NCBI GenBank assembly: GCA_027005325.1 | Contig: JALTLX010000023.1 | Coordinates: 1-24,000 of the forward strand | DNA: 24,000 nucleotides | Reading direction: 5' to 3' | Source: Hyphomicrobiales bacterium | GTDB lineage: Bacteria; Pseudomonadota; Alphaproteobacteria; Rhizobiales; Devosiaceae | In this document: positions 1 to 7,786 of the stretch, piece after piece | Layout: every line of letters begins with the position of its first letter | How positions within the stretch are numbered: the stretch's first letter is position 1 | Made by a program: the position numbers and the translations under genes | Notes under the pieces: model-generated | What the model was told of the DNA's origin: nothing | Database searches by the model: none | The model's input: the letters and a program-made list of their open reading frames with translations, nothing else

Positions 1-1672
1 GGCCCCCATCAGCCCCCACACCCCGCGCGAGATGACAAACGAAGATATCGAGCGCACGATCGCGGATTTTGTCGCCTGCGCGATGCGGGCAAAAACGGCG
101 GGCTATGATGGTGTGGAAATCATGGGAAGCGAGGGCTATCTCATCAATCAGTTTCTGGCGGAACGCACGAATCAGCGCACCGACCAGTGGGGGGGCAGCT
201 TTGAGAATAGAATCCGGTTTGCCTTGCAAATCGTTGAAAAAACACGAGAAAAAACCGGCAAAGATTTTCTGATCATGTTCCGCCTGTCCATGATTGACCT
301 TGTTAAAGGGGGAAGCGACTGGCCGGAGGTGGTCGCCCTTGGCAAGAGGCTTGAAGCGATTGGTGTTGATATCTTAAACACCGGGATTGGCTGGCATGAG
401 GCACGGGTGCCCACCATTGCACAGGCCACCCCGCGCGGGGCATGGACATGGGTCACGCGCGCGATGAAAACTGAAGTAAACATTCCGGTGGTGGCATGCA
501 ACCGAATCAACATGCCCGATCAGGTGGAGGCGGTTTTGGCCGCTGGCGAGGCGGATCTGGTTTCCATGGCGCGTCCGTTTCTGGCGGATGCGGCGTTTGT
601 CAACAAGGCACGAAATGATCGGGCGGATGAGATCAACACCTGTATTGCCTGCAATCAGGCGTGTCTGGACCATGTGTTTGCCATGAAAACCTGCTCTTGT
701 CTGGTCAATCCGCGCGCCTGCCATGAAACTGTCTATCTCAAGAGCAACACGAACCGCCCCAAAACGATTGCCGTGGTTGGCGCGGGGCCGGCGGGGATGA
801 GTTTTGCTGCTGAAGCTGCTGAAAGCGGGCACAAGGTGACGTTGTTTGAAAGCGAGGGGTGTCTTGGGGGGCAGCTCAATATCGCCAGAAATATTCCGGG
901 GAAAAGCGAATTTGACGAAACAATCCGCTATTTCACCAATCGGTTGAACGCGGCGGGCGCCATACTGAAACTTGGCCAGCGCGCTGATGTGGCCGCGTTG
1001 AGTGATGGGTTCGATGAAGTGGTTCTTGCCACGGGCACAACTCCGCGCATCCCCGATATAAAGGGCGCGGATCACCCCAATGTGGTCACCTATGTCGAAG
1101 CGATCACTGGCGTAAAGCCAGTGGGCAGACGCGTGGCAATTATTGGTGCGGGGGGCATCGGGTTTGACACGGCGGAGTTCCTTTTAAGCGCACAAGAAGA
1201 AAAGCAAACCGGCCTTGCCCAATTTCAGGCGAAGTGGGGCGTGGACCCGAAATGGGCCAGCCCCGATGCGCTGGAAAATGGAGGTCTGGCACCCCACCCC
1301 AAACCGCCCCGGCCCGCGCGGCAGGTGTTTCTTTTGCAACGGGGGGAAAAATTTGGCCGGAGTCTGGGCAAAACCACCGGCTGGATCCACAAGGCGGAAA
1401 TGGCGCTGGGGGGTGTCAAAATGATTGGCGGGGTTACCTATAAATCCATTGATGATGAAGGTTTGCATATTGAGGTTGCCGGCACCGAACAAACCCTTGA
1501 AGTGGACACGGTGGTGATTTGTGCCGGGCAGGTTTCAAATGCCCACCTTGAGCAGCCTTTGCGTGATGCCGGCATTATTGTGCATGTGATCGGGGGCGCT
1601 GACGAAGCCGGGGAACTGGATGCCAAACGTGCAATTTTGCAAGGAATGAAGCTGGCACAGGCTCTGTCATAG
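1..1672 (+). CDS. fadH: 2,4-dienoyl-CoA reductase (FadH-type: OYE-like FMN barrel plus FAD/NAD(P) domains), 5'-truncated by the window edge
   Basis: Track ORF 32..1672 stays open in the same frame back to nt 2 (APISPHTPRE precedes the listed Met), so the true start lies left of the window. The translation shows the OYE barrel half (GYDGVEIMGSEGYLINQFL, QRTDQWGGSFENR). It also has a FadH-style Cys cluster (CIACNQACLDHVF...CSCLVNPRAC) and two GxGxxG dinucleotide folds (VVGAGPAGMSFA, IIGAGGIGFD). Confidence 0.9.
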   Translation, partial: APISPHTPREMTNEDIERTIADFVACAMRAKTAGYDGVEIMGSEGYLINQFLAERTNQRTDQWGGSFENRIRFALQIVEKTREKTGKDFLIMFRLSMIDLVKGGSDWPEVVALGKRLEAIGVDILNTGIGWHEARVPTIAQATPRGAWTWVTRAMKTEVNIPVVACNRINMPDQVEAVLAAGEADLVSMARPFLADAAFVNKARNDRADEINTCIACNQACLDHVFAMKTCSCLVNPRACHETVYLKSNTNRPKTIAVVGAGPAGMSFAAEAAESGHKVTLFESEGCLGGQLNIARNIPGKSEFDETIRYFTNRLNAAGAILKLGQRADVAALSDGFDEVVLATGTTPRIPDIKGADHPNVVTYVEAITGVKPVGRRVAIIGAGGIGFDTAEFLLSAQEEKQTGLAQFQAKWGVDPKWASPDALENGGLAPHPKPPRPARQVFLLQRGEKFGRSLGKTTGWIHKAEMALGGVKMIGGVTYKSIDDEGLHIEVAGTEQTLEVDTVVICAGQVSNAHLEQPLRDAGIIVHVIGGADEAGELDAKRAILQGMKLAQALS

Positions 1673-1788
1673 GCACCCGCGTGTGATTTTCCACCTGTTC
1701 AAACCTTTTTCTTGACTTTATTTTATGGCCAAAACCATCAAGTGAAACATGAATGTATAGGGTTATTTGCGCAATTCAGTTCGCTAAG

Positions 1789-1806
1789 GTTTCACTTCTC
1801 TTTCAC
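1789..1806 (+). promoter_or_regulatory. Candidate Pho-box-like direct repeat (GTTTCAC-TTCT-CTTTCAC, 7-4-7, 11-bp period) upstream of the PiT gene
   Basis: Two 7-mers with 11-bp periodicity lie about 100 nt upstream of the PiT ATG. This is the same architecture as the PhoB box (CTGTCAT-N4-CTGTCAT), and each half matches the consensus only partly. An A/T-rich ATAAAT (1820-1825) follows at roughly -10 distance. A third copy in inverted orientation (AAGTGAAAC, 1740-1748) is a perfect 9-bp inverted repeat of 1789-1797. Confidence 0.25.
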
Positions 1807-1909
1807 AAATAAAAGGGAAATAAATCAGGAATTTAAGCCCTTGCGCAGATAATTTTTGCCCCTATATACCGCCACATATACCTCGGGAATCAATTTGGCG
1901 GACAGATTC

Positions 1910-3406
1910 ATGGACACTAAAAAGCCCACCCTGGACAAAGACCTGGACAAGTTCTGGTCATTTGAAAAAGCCACCAACCTTGTGGCGCGAGGATATGTAG
2001 CACCGGGGCTGGCTTTTGTTTTTATCGCCATTGTTGCCGTGGTCGCCGGCTCATATTTTTCCGGTTCCTCAAACACATGGCTGATTGTCGCGGCGGCGGC
2101 AATCGGGGGCTATATGGCCCTGAATATCGGGGCCAACGATGTGGCGAACAATGTGGGGCCGGCGGTTGGCTCCAACGCCATGACCATGGGCACCGCCCTT
2201 GTGGTTGCCGCCATATTTGAAAGTGCCGGCGCCCTGATTGCGGGGGGGGACGTGGTCAGCACAATTTCCAAAGGCATCATAAATGTCGAAGCCATTGCCG
2301 ACTATCAGGTGTTCAACGCGGCGATGATGGCGGCGCTGGTATCTGCCGCGCTGTGGGTCAATCTGGCCACATGGATTGGCGCGCCGGTCTCCACCACCCA
2401 TTCCATTGTTGGCGGGGTGATGGGAGCGGGCATTGCGGCGGCGGGGTTTGGCGCGGTGAACTGGCCCATGATGGGGGCCATTGCTTCGAGTTGGGTTATC
2501 TCCCCGGTATTGGGGGGCGTGATCGCGGCCCTGTTTCTGGCGCTGATTAAAGACCGGATAATTTACCAGACCGACAAGATAGCGGCATCAAGGCGCTGGG
2601 TTCCTGTGCTGATTGCCGTTATGGCGGGCACTTTTTCGACCTATCTGGCGCTGAAGGGCCTCAAAAAAATCATCAAAATAGATATGACCTCTGCCACAAT
2701 GATTGGGGCTGGCGTGTTTTTCCTGACCTGGGCAATCATGGTGCCCCTGATTGCCAAACAGGCAAAAGGGCTTGATAATCGCAACCAGTCGGTGCGCAAA
2801 CTGTTCGCCATTCCGCTGGTATTTTCTGCCGCACTGCTTTCCTTTGCCCACGGGGCCAACGATGTGGCCAACGCCGTTGGACCTCTGGCGGCCATCGTGC
2901 ATACCGTAGAACTTGGGGATGTGGCCACCAAGGTTTCCATTCCGCTGTGGGTGATGATTGTGGGGGCAATGGGGATTTCGCTTGGCCTGTTTTTGTTCGG
3001 TCCCAAGCTCATTCGCATGGTGGGGCAGCAAATAACCAAGCTCAACCCCATCCGCGCCTATTGCGTGGCGCTTTCCGCGGCCATAACCGTGATTATCGCT
3101 TCTGCATTGGGGCTGCCGGTGAGTTCAACCCATATTGCTGTGGGGGCTGTTTTTGGAGTCGGGTTTTTCCGGGAATGGTTCACCGCCAATTCCAAAAAGC
3201 GCCAGGCGCAGGTGACGGCACGAAACAACAAAAAAGCCGACGGAGACGCGACAAAACGTATTGCGGGGGAAGGTATCGCCAAGCGTAAGCTGGTGCGTCG
3301 CTCCCATGTGCTAACCATCGCTTCGGCATGGGTGATTACGGTCCCGGCGGCGGCGATCATATCCGGCTTGATATTTTTTGCACTGAGCACGGTAATGGTT
3401 GGCTAG
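1910..3406 (+). CDS. pit: Inorganic phosphate transporter, PiT family
   Basis: Two copies of the PiT signature are present (GANDVANNVGPAVGS and GANDVANAVGPLAAI), with many hydrophobic segments and a basic central/C-terminal loop. The track ORF begins at TTG 1856. I prefer the first ATG at 1910 (MDTKKPTLDKDL...), but the start is uncertain. Confidence 0.9.
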   Translation: MDTKKPTLDKDLDKFWSFEKATNLVARGYVAPGLAFVFIAIVAVVAGSYFSGSSNTWLIVAAAAIGGYMALNIGANDVANNVGPAVGSNAMTMGTALVVAAIFESAGALIAGGDVVSTISKGIINVEAIADYQVFNAAMMAALVSAALWVNLATWIGAPVSTTHSIVGGVMGAGIAAAGFGAVNWPMMGAIASSWVISPVLGGVIAALFLALIKDRIIYQTDKIAASRRWVPVLIAVMAGTFSTYLALKGLKKIIKIDMTSATMIGAGVFFLTWAIMVPLIAKQAKGLDNRNQSVRKLFAIPLVFSAALLSFAHGANDVANAVGPLAAIVHTVELGDVATKVSIPLWVMIVGAMGISLGLFLFGPKLIRMVGQQITKLNPIRAYCVALSAAITVIIASALGLPVSSTHIAVGAVFGVGFFREWFTANSKKRQAQVTARNNKKADGDATKRIAGEGIAKRKLVRRSHVLTIASAWVITVPAAAIISGLIFFALSTVMVG

Positions 3407-3431
3407 GGTAGCGTATGGCAGTTCAGTTCTG

Positions 3432-3803
3432 TCAGAGCTTCAATGTTTTGCGCACCACCGTCCAGACCAACGTAGCAACAAATAATATCCAAGCGCGGAC
3501 CGGCGGGGTATTACGGGCGCGAATCGCCCGATGAAATTCAGCAGAAGCAAACACGGCGTCCAGATTTTTGTTCAATAACTCGTCATGGATTGCCGCGCCA
3601 AGCAAAACCCGCCGATCGTGGGGGCTTTGCACCCACTCCAGCCAACGCGGCACCGAAATGTCGAACTCGGTACCTTTTTCAATGTGTAAAAGCCAACCCG
3701 AATGGGGCGCCCCGATTTCCCAGACGATATCACGCTCAAGGCGGTATCTGGTGCGCTCGCCGGGCACCAGATAAAAGTCCTCACATTTGGTAAACTCACT
3801 CAT
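3432..3803 (-). CDS. DUF1353-domain protein (function unknown)
   Basis: 123 aa with an ATG start. The pattern ...GTEFDISVPRWLEWV...AAIHDELL...ASAEFHRAI... resembles the DUF1353 core (G-x-x-x-D-x-x-S-x-P ... HD ... aD..f). Recognised by eye only. Confidence 0.55.
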   Translation of the reverse strand: MSEFTKCEDFYLVPGERTRYRLERDIVWEIGAPHSGWLLHIEKGTEFDISVPRWLEWVQSPHDRRVLLGAAIHDELLNKNLDAVFASAEFHRAIRARNTPPVRAWILFVATLVWTVVRKTLKL

Positions 3804-3940
3804 GGAAAATATCTCTAAAATGTTGGTGCCCGCGAGACGCGAACTTCAATGCCATGTGGTTAAGGGAAACATATCAGCTTCTTGAAATTGTTGGATAAAC
3901 TTGATGTGAATTACCGCAAGACTGATTTTGTGCCAGTCCG

Positions 3941-4429
3941 CTATTTCACCGCCAGACAGGTGCACTGTGCCCGCTCGAACACTGCATGGGACACGCTGCC
4001 AAAACTGTTTCCATGGGAGTCGCTGACGCCGCGCGAACCAAGCACCACCACATTGGCCTGTGTGGTGTTGATGGCATCGAGAATTGATTCAACGACATCC
4101 CCTTCACCGATGGGCAGCTTGGTGGCGTTAATCCCCTGACGGCGTATTTTGGCGGCGGCCTGAGACAAAATTTGTTCGCCCGCAGCCATCTTCACTGCCG
4201 GTGATGCCAGCCCTTTTTCCATTTTGGCCTGTGTCTGCAATATGGATTTCAACTTGGGACCGAAGTTCTTTGCCGCCATGAGGGAGAGGAGTTTTTCAGC
4301 CTGAATTGATTTGGGTAACACATATAGCAGAGAAATTCTGCCATCATATTTCTGGGCAAAATCGCAGGCAATATGGGCCGCTTTCAAGGCGTGAACCGAT
4401 CCGTCAACCGGCACAAGAATGCTATTCAA
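3941..4429 (-). CDS. Universal stress protein (UspA family)
   Basis: 162 aa. N-terminus ILVPVDGSVHALKAAHIA and C-terminus VVVLGSRGVSDSHGNSFGSVSHAVFERAQCTCLAV match the Usp ATP-binding motif G-x2-G-x9-G(S/T). TTG start at 4429 with AGGAG 8 nt upstream. It begins 22 nt after the SDR stop, so it is probably co-transcribed. Confidence 0.85.
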   Translation of the reverse strand: MNSILVPVDGSVHALKAAHIACDFAQKYDGRISLLYVLPKSIQAEKLLSLMAAKNFGPKLKSILQTQAKMEKGLASPAVKMAAGEQILSQAAAKIRRQGINATKLPIGEGDVVESILDAINTTQANVVVLGSRGVSDSHGNSFGSVSHAVFERAQCTCLAVK

Positions 4430-4450
4430 AAGACCAACTCCTTGTTTATG

Positions 4451-5155
4451 TTATGACAATAGCCAGCCGCCATCCACATCCAGCGTGGTGCCGGTGACAA
4501 AGTCGTTTTCAATCAGAAACAATATGCCCTTTGCCGCTTCTTCAGGTGTGCCGGCGCGCTCGATGAGATTTCCGGCGGTCATTTTTTTATACAGCTCTAT
4601 GCGCTCCTGCCCACTCTGGGGGAACATGGGGGTATCAATAGAGCCGGGGGACATGACGTTTATCCGGCGCGGGGCGATTTCAGGCGCCAGCCCACGCACG
4701 AAGGCCTCCACAGCGCCACCAACAGACGACAGTGCAATCTGGCCGGGCTTGCACTTGCGGGCCGGCGCACCCGAAACAAGTACGATTGCCCCCTCTTTGC
4801 TCAGATGCTCAGTGCCCAATCGCACAACATTGGCATAGCCCCAGAGTTTGTCGAACGAATCCTGATAGCCATCCAAATCCATTTCAAGAAAGGGGCCGAT
4901 AGCGCGCCCGCCCCCGGTGGCGGCTGAAACCAGAATATCAAAGCCCGTATGTTTGTTGAACAAGGTTTCAAGCCCGGCCCGGTCCAGCACATCCCCCCGT
5001 TCAAGGGTGATGCCTGCGGGCACATCCCCGGCTTTTTGCGGGTTGCGACTAACGGCAATCACTGTTGCGCCACCGGCCACCAGCATCCTGGCGGCCGCCA
5101 GCCCGATGCCGGAAGTTCCACCAAAAACAATAGCTTTTTTTCCCTGCAGATTCAT
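4451..5155 (-). CDS. Short-chain dehydrogenase/reductase-fold protein, atypical (canonical YxxxK not found)
   Basis: Rossmann motif KKAIVFGGTSGIGLAAA and the downstream SDR landmark SPGSIDTPM are present. The track ORF starts at 5203. I prefer ATG 5155 (MNLQGKK...), which places the Gly-rich motif at the usual distance from the N-terminus. See the finding on missing catalytic residues. Confidence 0.85.
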   Translation of the reverse strand: MNLQGKKAIVFGGTSGIGLAAARMLVAGGATVIAVSRNPQKAGDVPAGITLERGDVLDRAGLETLFNKHTGFDILVSAATGGGRAIGPFLEMDLDGYQDSFDKLWGYANVVRLGTEHLSKEGAIVLVSGAPARKCKPGQIALSSVGGAVEAFVRGLAPEIAPRRINVMSPGSIDTPMFPQSGQERIELYKKMTAGNLIERAGTPEEAAKGILFLIENDFVTGTTLDVDGGWLLS

Positions 5156-5178
5156 TGGTTCAACCCTTTCATGCACAT

Positions 5179-5208
5179 GCACACCCAAATTTTGCACACC
5201 CAAATTTT
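5179..5208. repeat. Perfect 15-bp tandem direct repeat (GCACACCCAAATTTT x2) in the divergent SDR / yjjI intergenic region
   Basis: Read directly: 5179-5193 and 5194-5208 are identical. The repeat lies 24 nt upstream of the preferred SDR start (minus strand) and about 120 nt upstream of yjjI. Confidence 0.9.
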
Positions 5209-5268
5209 GACGCTACATATCAAACGGAATGAGCATTAAACCTGCCCTCAAGACAATGCAAACCTGAA

Positions 5269-5298
5269 TTGGTGAATTAAAAGATTTTGAGTTAGTAT
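5269..5298 (+). promoter_or_regulatory. Possible sigma70-type promoter for yjjI-yjjW (TTGGTG-N18-TAGTAT)
   Basis: Hexamers lie at 5269-5274 and 5293-5298, about 30 nt upstream of the yjjI ATG, which has GGAG at 5318-5321. This is a pattern match only, and the spacer is one nt longer than optimal. Confidence 0.2.
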
Positions 5299-5329
5299 AT
5301 CAGCAAAAGGAATTTTTGGAGTTAGCCCG

Positions 5330-6865
5330 ATGCAGGATATTTCAGACCGCTTGCGAAAAATCACTGAAGACAAAACCCTTAGTCCGGCACAAAAGGCCCA
5401 CTATCTGGCGCTGGAAGCGGAGAACTCCCTGCCCTATCCCGAACTTGATGCGGACACGCGCAAGGCACTGGATGAGCGCGTGATTTGTGACATGTTTGAA
5501 GGACATGCCCCCTATAAGCCGCGTTATGTTCTGCCCGATTATTCCAAAGTGCTTAAAAACGGTTCTGTATATCTGGAACTGCCCATCCCCCAAACCCTTG
5601 ATGAAGCCATCAACACGCTGATGATTGCCTATCATCATGTCCCTTCGGTTACCGGCATGCCGGTATTTCTGGGGGATCTGGACAATCTGCTTTTGCCGTT
5701 TTGCCAAGGGGTGAGCGAAGAACAGCTTTATCAAAAAATCAAACTGTTCTGGCGCTATCTGGACCGGGTTCTGCCCGATGCGTTTATGCACGCCAATATC
5801 GGGCCAACGGACAATCCGGTGGCCCGAGCAATATTGCGGGTTGATGCCGAGTTGAAACAAATCGCACCCAATCTAACGTTTTTGTATGACAGGGATATTT
5901 CAACACAGGAAATCCTTCGGATTGCGACCGACAATATTGTTGAATGTTCCAAGCCCCACATTGCCAATCACCCGGTCCATGCCACGACATTTGACGAGCG
6001 CGGTTATGGAATTGTAAGTTGTTACAACGCGTTACCGGTGGCTGGCGGCTCTTCCACCCTCACCCGCATAAACCTGAAAGAAGTGGCGTTGCGCTCGAAT
6101 GGCGTTGCGCACTTTTTTGATGAAATGCTGCCCAGATATATGGCGTTGAATTTTTCCCTCACCAGGGCGCGCATTGATTTTTTGTTCAATAAGTCCAATT
6201 TTTTCGAAAGCTTTCTGGTGGATGAAGGCTGGATCGAGCAGGATCGTTTTACGGCCATGTACGGGGTGTTCGCCATGGCTGAAGCGGTTAATGTTTTGCA
6301 GGAAAAGGAAGGGAAAACCGGCGTTTACGGCGCTGATGAGGCGGCCAATTCCCTTGGATATGAAATTTCTAAAGTATTGGCCGAAGCGGTTGCAGCGCAG
6401 CCACTGGAAAATGTGTGGCGCGGTCGGGCCATGCTGCATGCACAAGCCGGTCTGAGCAACGACATCGGGGCAACACCGGGGGTTCGCATCCCCTATGGCG
6501 ACGAACCCGACCCGATTGCCCATGTGAACGCGCTGGCCCCGCATCACCAATATTATGCGTCCGGCATCAGTGAAATTTTAACCATGGATGAAACCATCAA
6601 GAACAATCCCGAAGCCATGTTCCAGCTATGCAAGGGGGCGCTGGCAACCGGATTTCGCGAGTTTACGGCCAATGTTGCCAGCAATGACCTGGTACGGGTT
6701 ACCGGCTACATGATCCGGCTTTCCGATGTGAAAAAATTCAACGCCAAAAAAGGCTCACGCACCAACACAACAGGGTTGGGGGCCGAAGCTGCCGATCTGA
6801 TGAAAAAAAAAAAAAAAAAACCGCGAGTCGTGGGCCATGAACTCTCCCCCAGCTATACTGAATAA
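5330..6865 (+). CDS. yjjI: YjjI-family glycine (glycyl) radical enzyme, substrate unknown
   Basis: 511 aa, similar in size to E. coli YjjI. There is a glycyl-radical fingerprint near the C-terminus (LVRVTGYMIRL, Gly codon at 6704-6706). It sits immediately upstream of, and overlaps, a YjjW-type activase gene. GGAG lies 8 nt before the ATG. Confidence 0.8.
   Translation: MQDISDRLRKITEDKTLSPAQKAHYLALEAENSLPYPELDADTRKALDERVICDMFEGHAPYKPRYVLPDYSKVLKNGSVYLELPIPQTLDEAINTLMIAYHHVPSVTGMPVFLGDLDNLLLPFCQGVSEEQLYQKIKLFWRYLDRVLPDAFMHANIGPTDNPVARAILRVDAELKQIAPNLTFLYDRDISTQEILRIATDNIVECSKPHIANHPVHATTFDERGYGIVSCYNALPVAGGSSTLTRINLKEVALRSNGVAHFFDEMLPRYMALNFSLTRARIDFLFNKSNFFESFLVDEGWIEQDRFTAMYGVFAMAEAVNVLQEKEGKTGVYGADEAANSLGYEISKVLAEAVAAQPLENVWRGRAMLHAQAGLSNDIGATPGVRIPYGDEPDPIAHVNALAPHHQYYASGISEILTMDETIKNNPEAMFQLCKGALATGFREFTANVASNDLVRVTGYMIRLSDVKKFNAKKGSRTNTTGLGAEAADLMKKKKKKPRVVGHELSPSYTE
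6803..6820 (+). repeat. A18 homopolymer (encodes KKKKKK) in the 3' tail of yjjI, 16 nt upstream of the yjjW ATG
   Basis: Counted directly: ATG(6800-6802) followed by 18 A, then CCG. It is the longest homopolymer in the window by a factor of two. Confidence 0.95.
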
Positions 6866-7703
6866 AATTCTGCCCTATTCGGTGGTGGACGGGCCGGGCA
6901 ACCGGCTGGTTTTGTTTTTTCAGGGCTGCAATTTCACCTGCGCCACCTGCCACAATCCCTATACAATCGGGGTGTGCGACCATTGCGGGGATTGCATTAC
7001 TGCGTGCCATGCGGGCGCCTTGAAAATGGTAGCGAACAAAGTGGTTTTTAACCCAGAACTTTGTGACCAGTGCGATGCCTGCCTTGAGGCCTGCCCCATC
7101 AGTTCCAGCCCGATGACAACGACTTATTCCATTGAACAGGTTTTGGAAATTATTCGCACGCACCTGCCATTTCTCAGCGGAATTACTGTTTCGGGGGGCG
7201 AAGCAACCCTGCATCTCAAATTTGTCAAAGAGCTGTTTGAAACCATCAAGACCATGGAGGAATTTGGTGACCTCACCTGCTTTATCGACACCAACGGACA
7301 TTTGGGAGAAAAGGCATGGACCAGCCTGTTGCCGGTGACCGACGGGGTGATGCTGGACATAAAGGCCTTTGGCACGGGTGTGCATCAGGGTCTGACCGGG
7401 CAAAACAATCAAAAAACGCTGTTGTCGGCAGAAATTGTCAACAGGGCCGGCAAACTGCATGAATTGCGATATTTGCTGGTGCCGGGGAAAAATGACATGC
7501 AATCCGAGATAAAACGCCTGATTGATTTCACCCTTGCCCTCAACCCCGATATTCGGGTGCGCCTGAATGCCTTCCAGCATCACGGGGTAAGGGGAGCGGC
7601 CCTTGACTGGCCAACCATGGGGGAAGAAAGAACCAGAGAAATTGCCGCTCAGTTAACCCGGGCGGGCATCAAGAATGTGATTGTACCCGCCATTTTTCAA
7701 TAG
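6837..7703 (+). CDS. yjjW: YjjW-family glycyl-radical enzyme activase (radical SAM)
   Basis: N-terminus ILPYSVVDGPGNRLVLFFQGCNFTCATCHNP carries the radical-SAM CxxxCxxC motif. Two ferredoxin-like clusters follow (CDHCGDCITAC and CDQCDACLEACP), then the activase GGE motif (TVSGGEATL). It overlaps the yjjI 3' end by 29 nt. Confidence 0.88.
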   Translation: MNSPPAILNKILPYSVVDGPGNRLVLFFQGCNFTCATCHNPYTIGVCDHCGDCITACHAGALKMVANKVVFNPELCDQCDACLEACPISSSPMTTTYSIEQVLEIIRTHLPFLSGITVSGGEATLHLKFVKELFETIKTMEEFGDLTCFIDTNGHLGEKAWTSLLPVTDGVMLDIKAFGTGVHQGLTGQNNQKTLLSAEIVNRAGKLHELRYLLVPGKNDMQSEIKRLIDFTLALNPDIRVRLNAFQHHGVRGAALDWPTMGEERTREIAAQLTRAGIKNVIVPAIFQ

Positions 7704-7786
7704 GCGAAAATGTGCGGCGCGATAGACAAATTGCTTATTGATACTTAGAAGCATGCTCACCCCGGATCATTTCAATTGAAAAAGAT

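Noticed and set aside
374-1075. 233-aa minus-strand ORF inside fadH (also 172..513 and other short ORFs there)
   Set aside because: It is entirely antisense to a strongly supported FadH coding frame. The translation is Arg/Pro/Gly/His-rich with no motif, typical of shadow ORFs in GC-rich coding DNA.
1856-1909. TTG-initiated 18-codon extension of the PiT ORF
   Set aside because: No RBS-like sequence precedes TTG 1856, and an in-frame ATG at 1910 gives a normal PiT N-terminus. It is kept only as an alternative start.
3407-3431. Weak hairpin (TGGCAG...CTGTCA) between the convergent PiT and DUF1353 genes
   Set aside because: The stem is only 6 bp with a G-U pair and there is no U-tract, which is too weak to call a terminator.
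5207-5223. FNR/CRP-like half sites TTGAC...ATCAA upstream of the glycyl-radical operon
   Set aside because: The spacer between the pentamers is 7 nt, not the 4 nt of the TTGAT-N4-ATCAA FNR consensus, so it does not fit a canonical FNR box.
6738-7583. 281-aa minus-strand ORF opposite yjjW
   Set aside because: It is antisense to a gene with unambiguous radical-SAM and ferredoxin motifs. The translation is low-complexity and ends by running through the poly-T complement of the A18 tract (FFFFFF).
7716-7725. ops/JUMPstart-like GGCGCGATAG upstream of the first glycosyltransferase
   Set aside because: The ops element is GGCGGTAG, and this sequence needs an indel to match. RfaH-type antitermination is therefore not supported.
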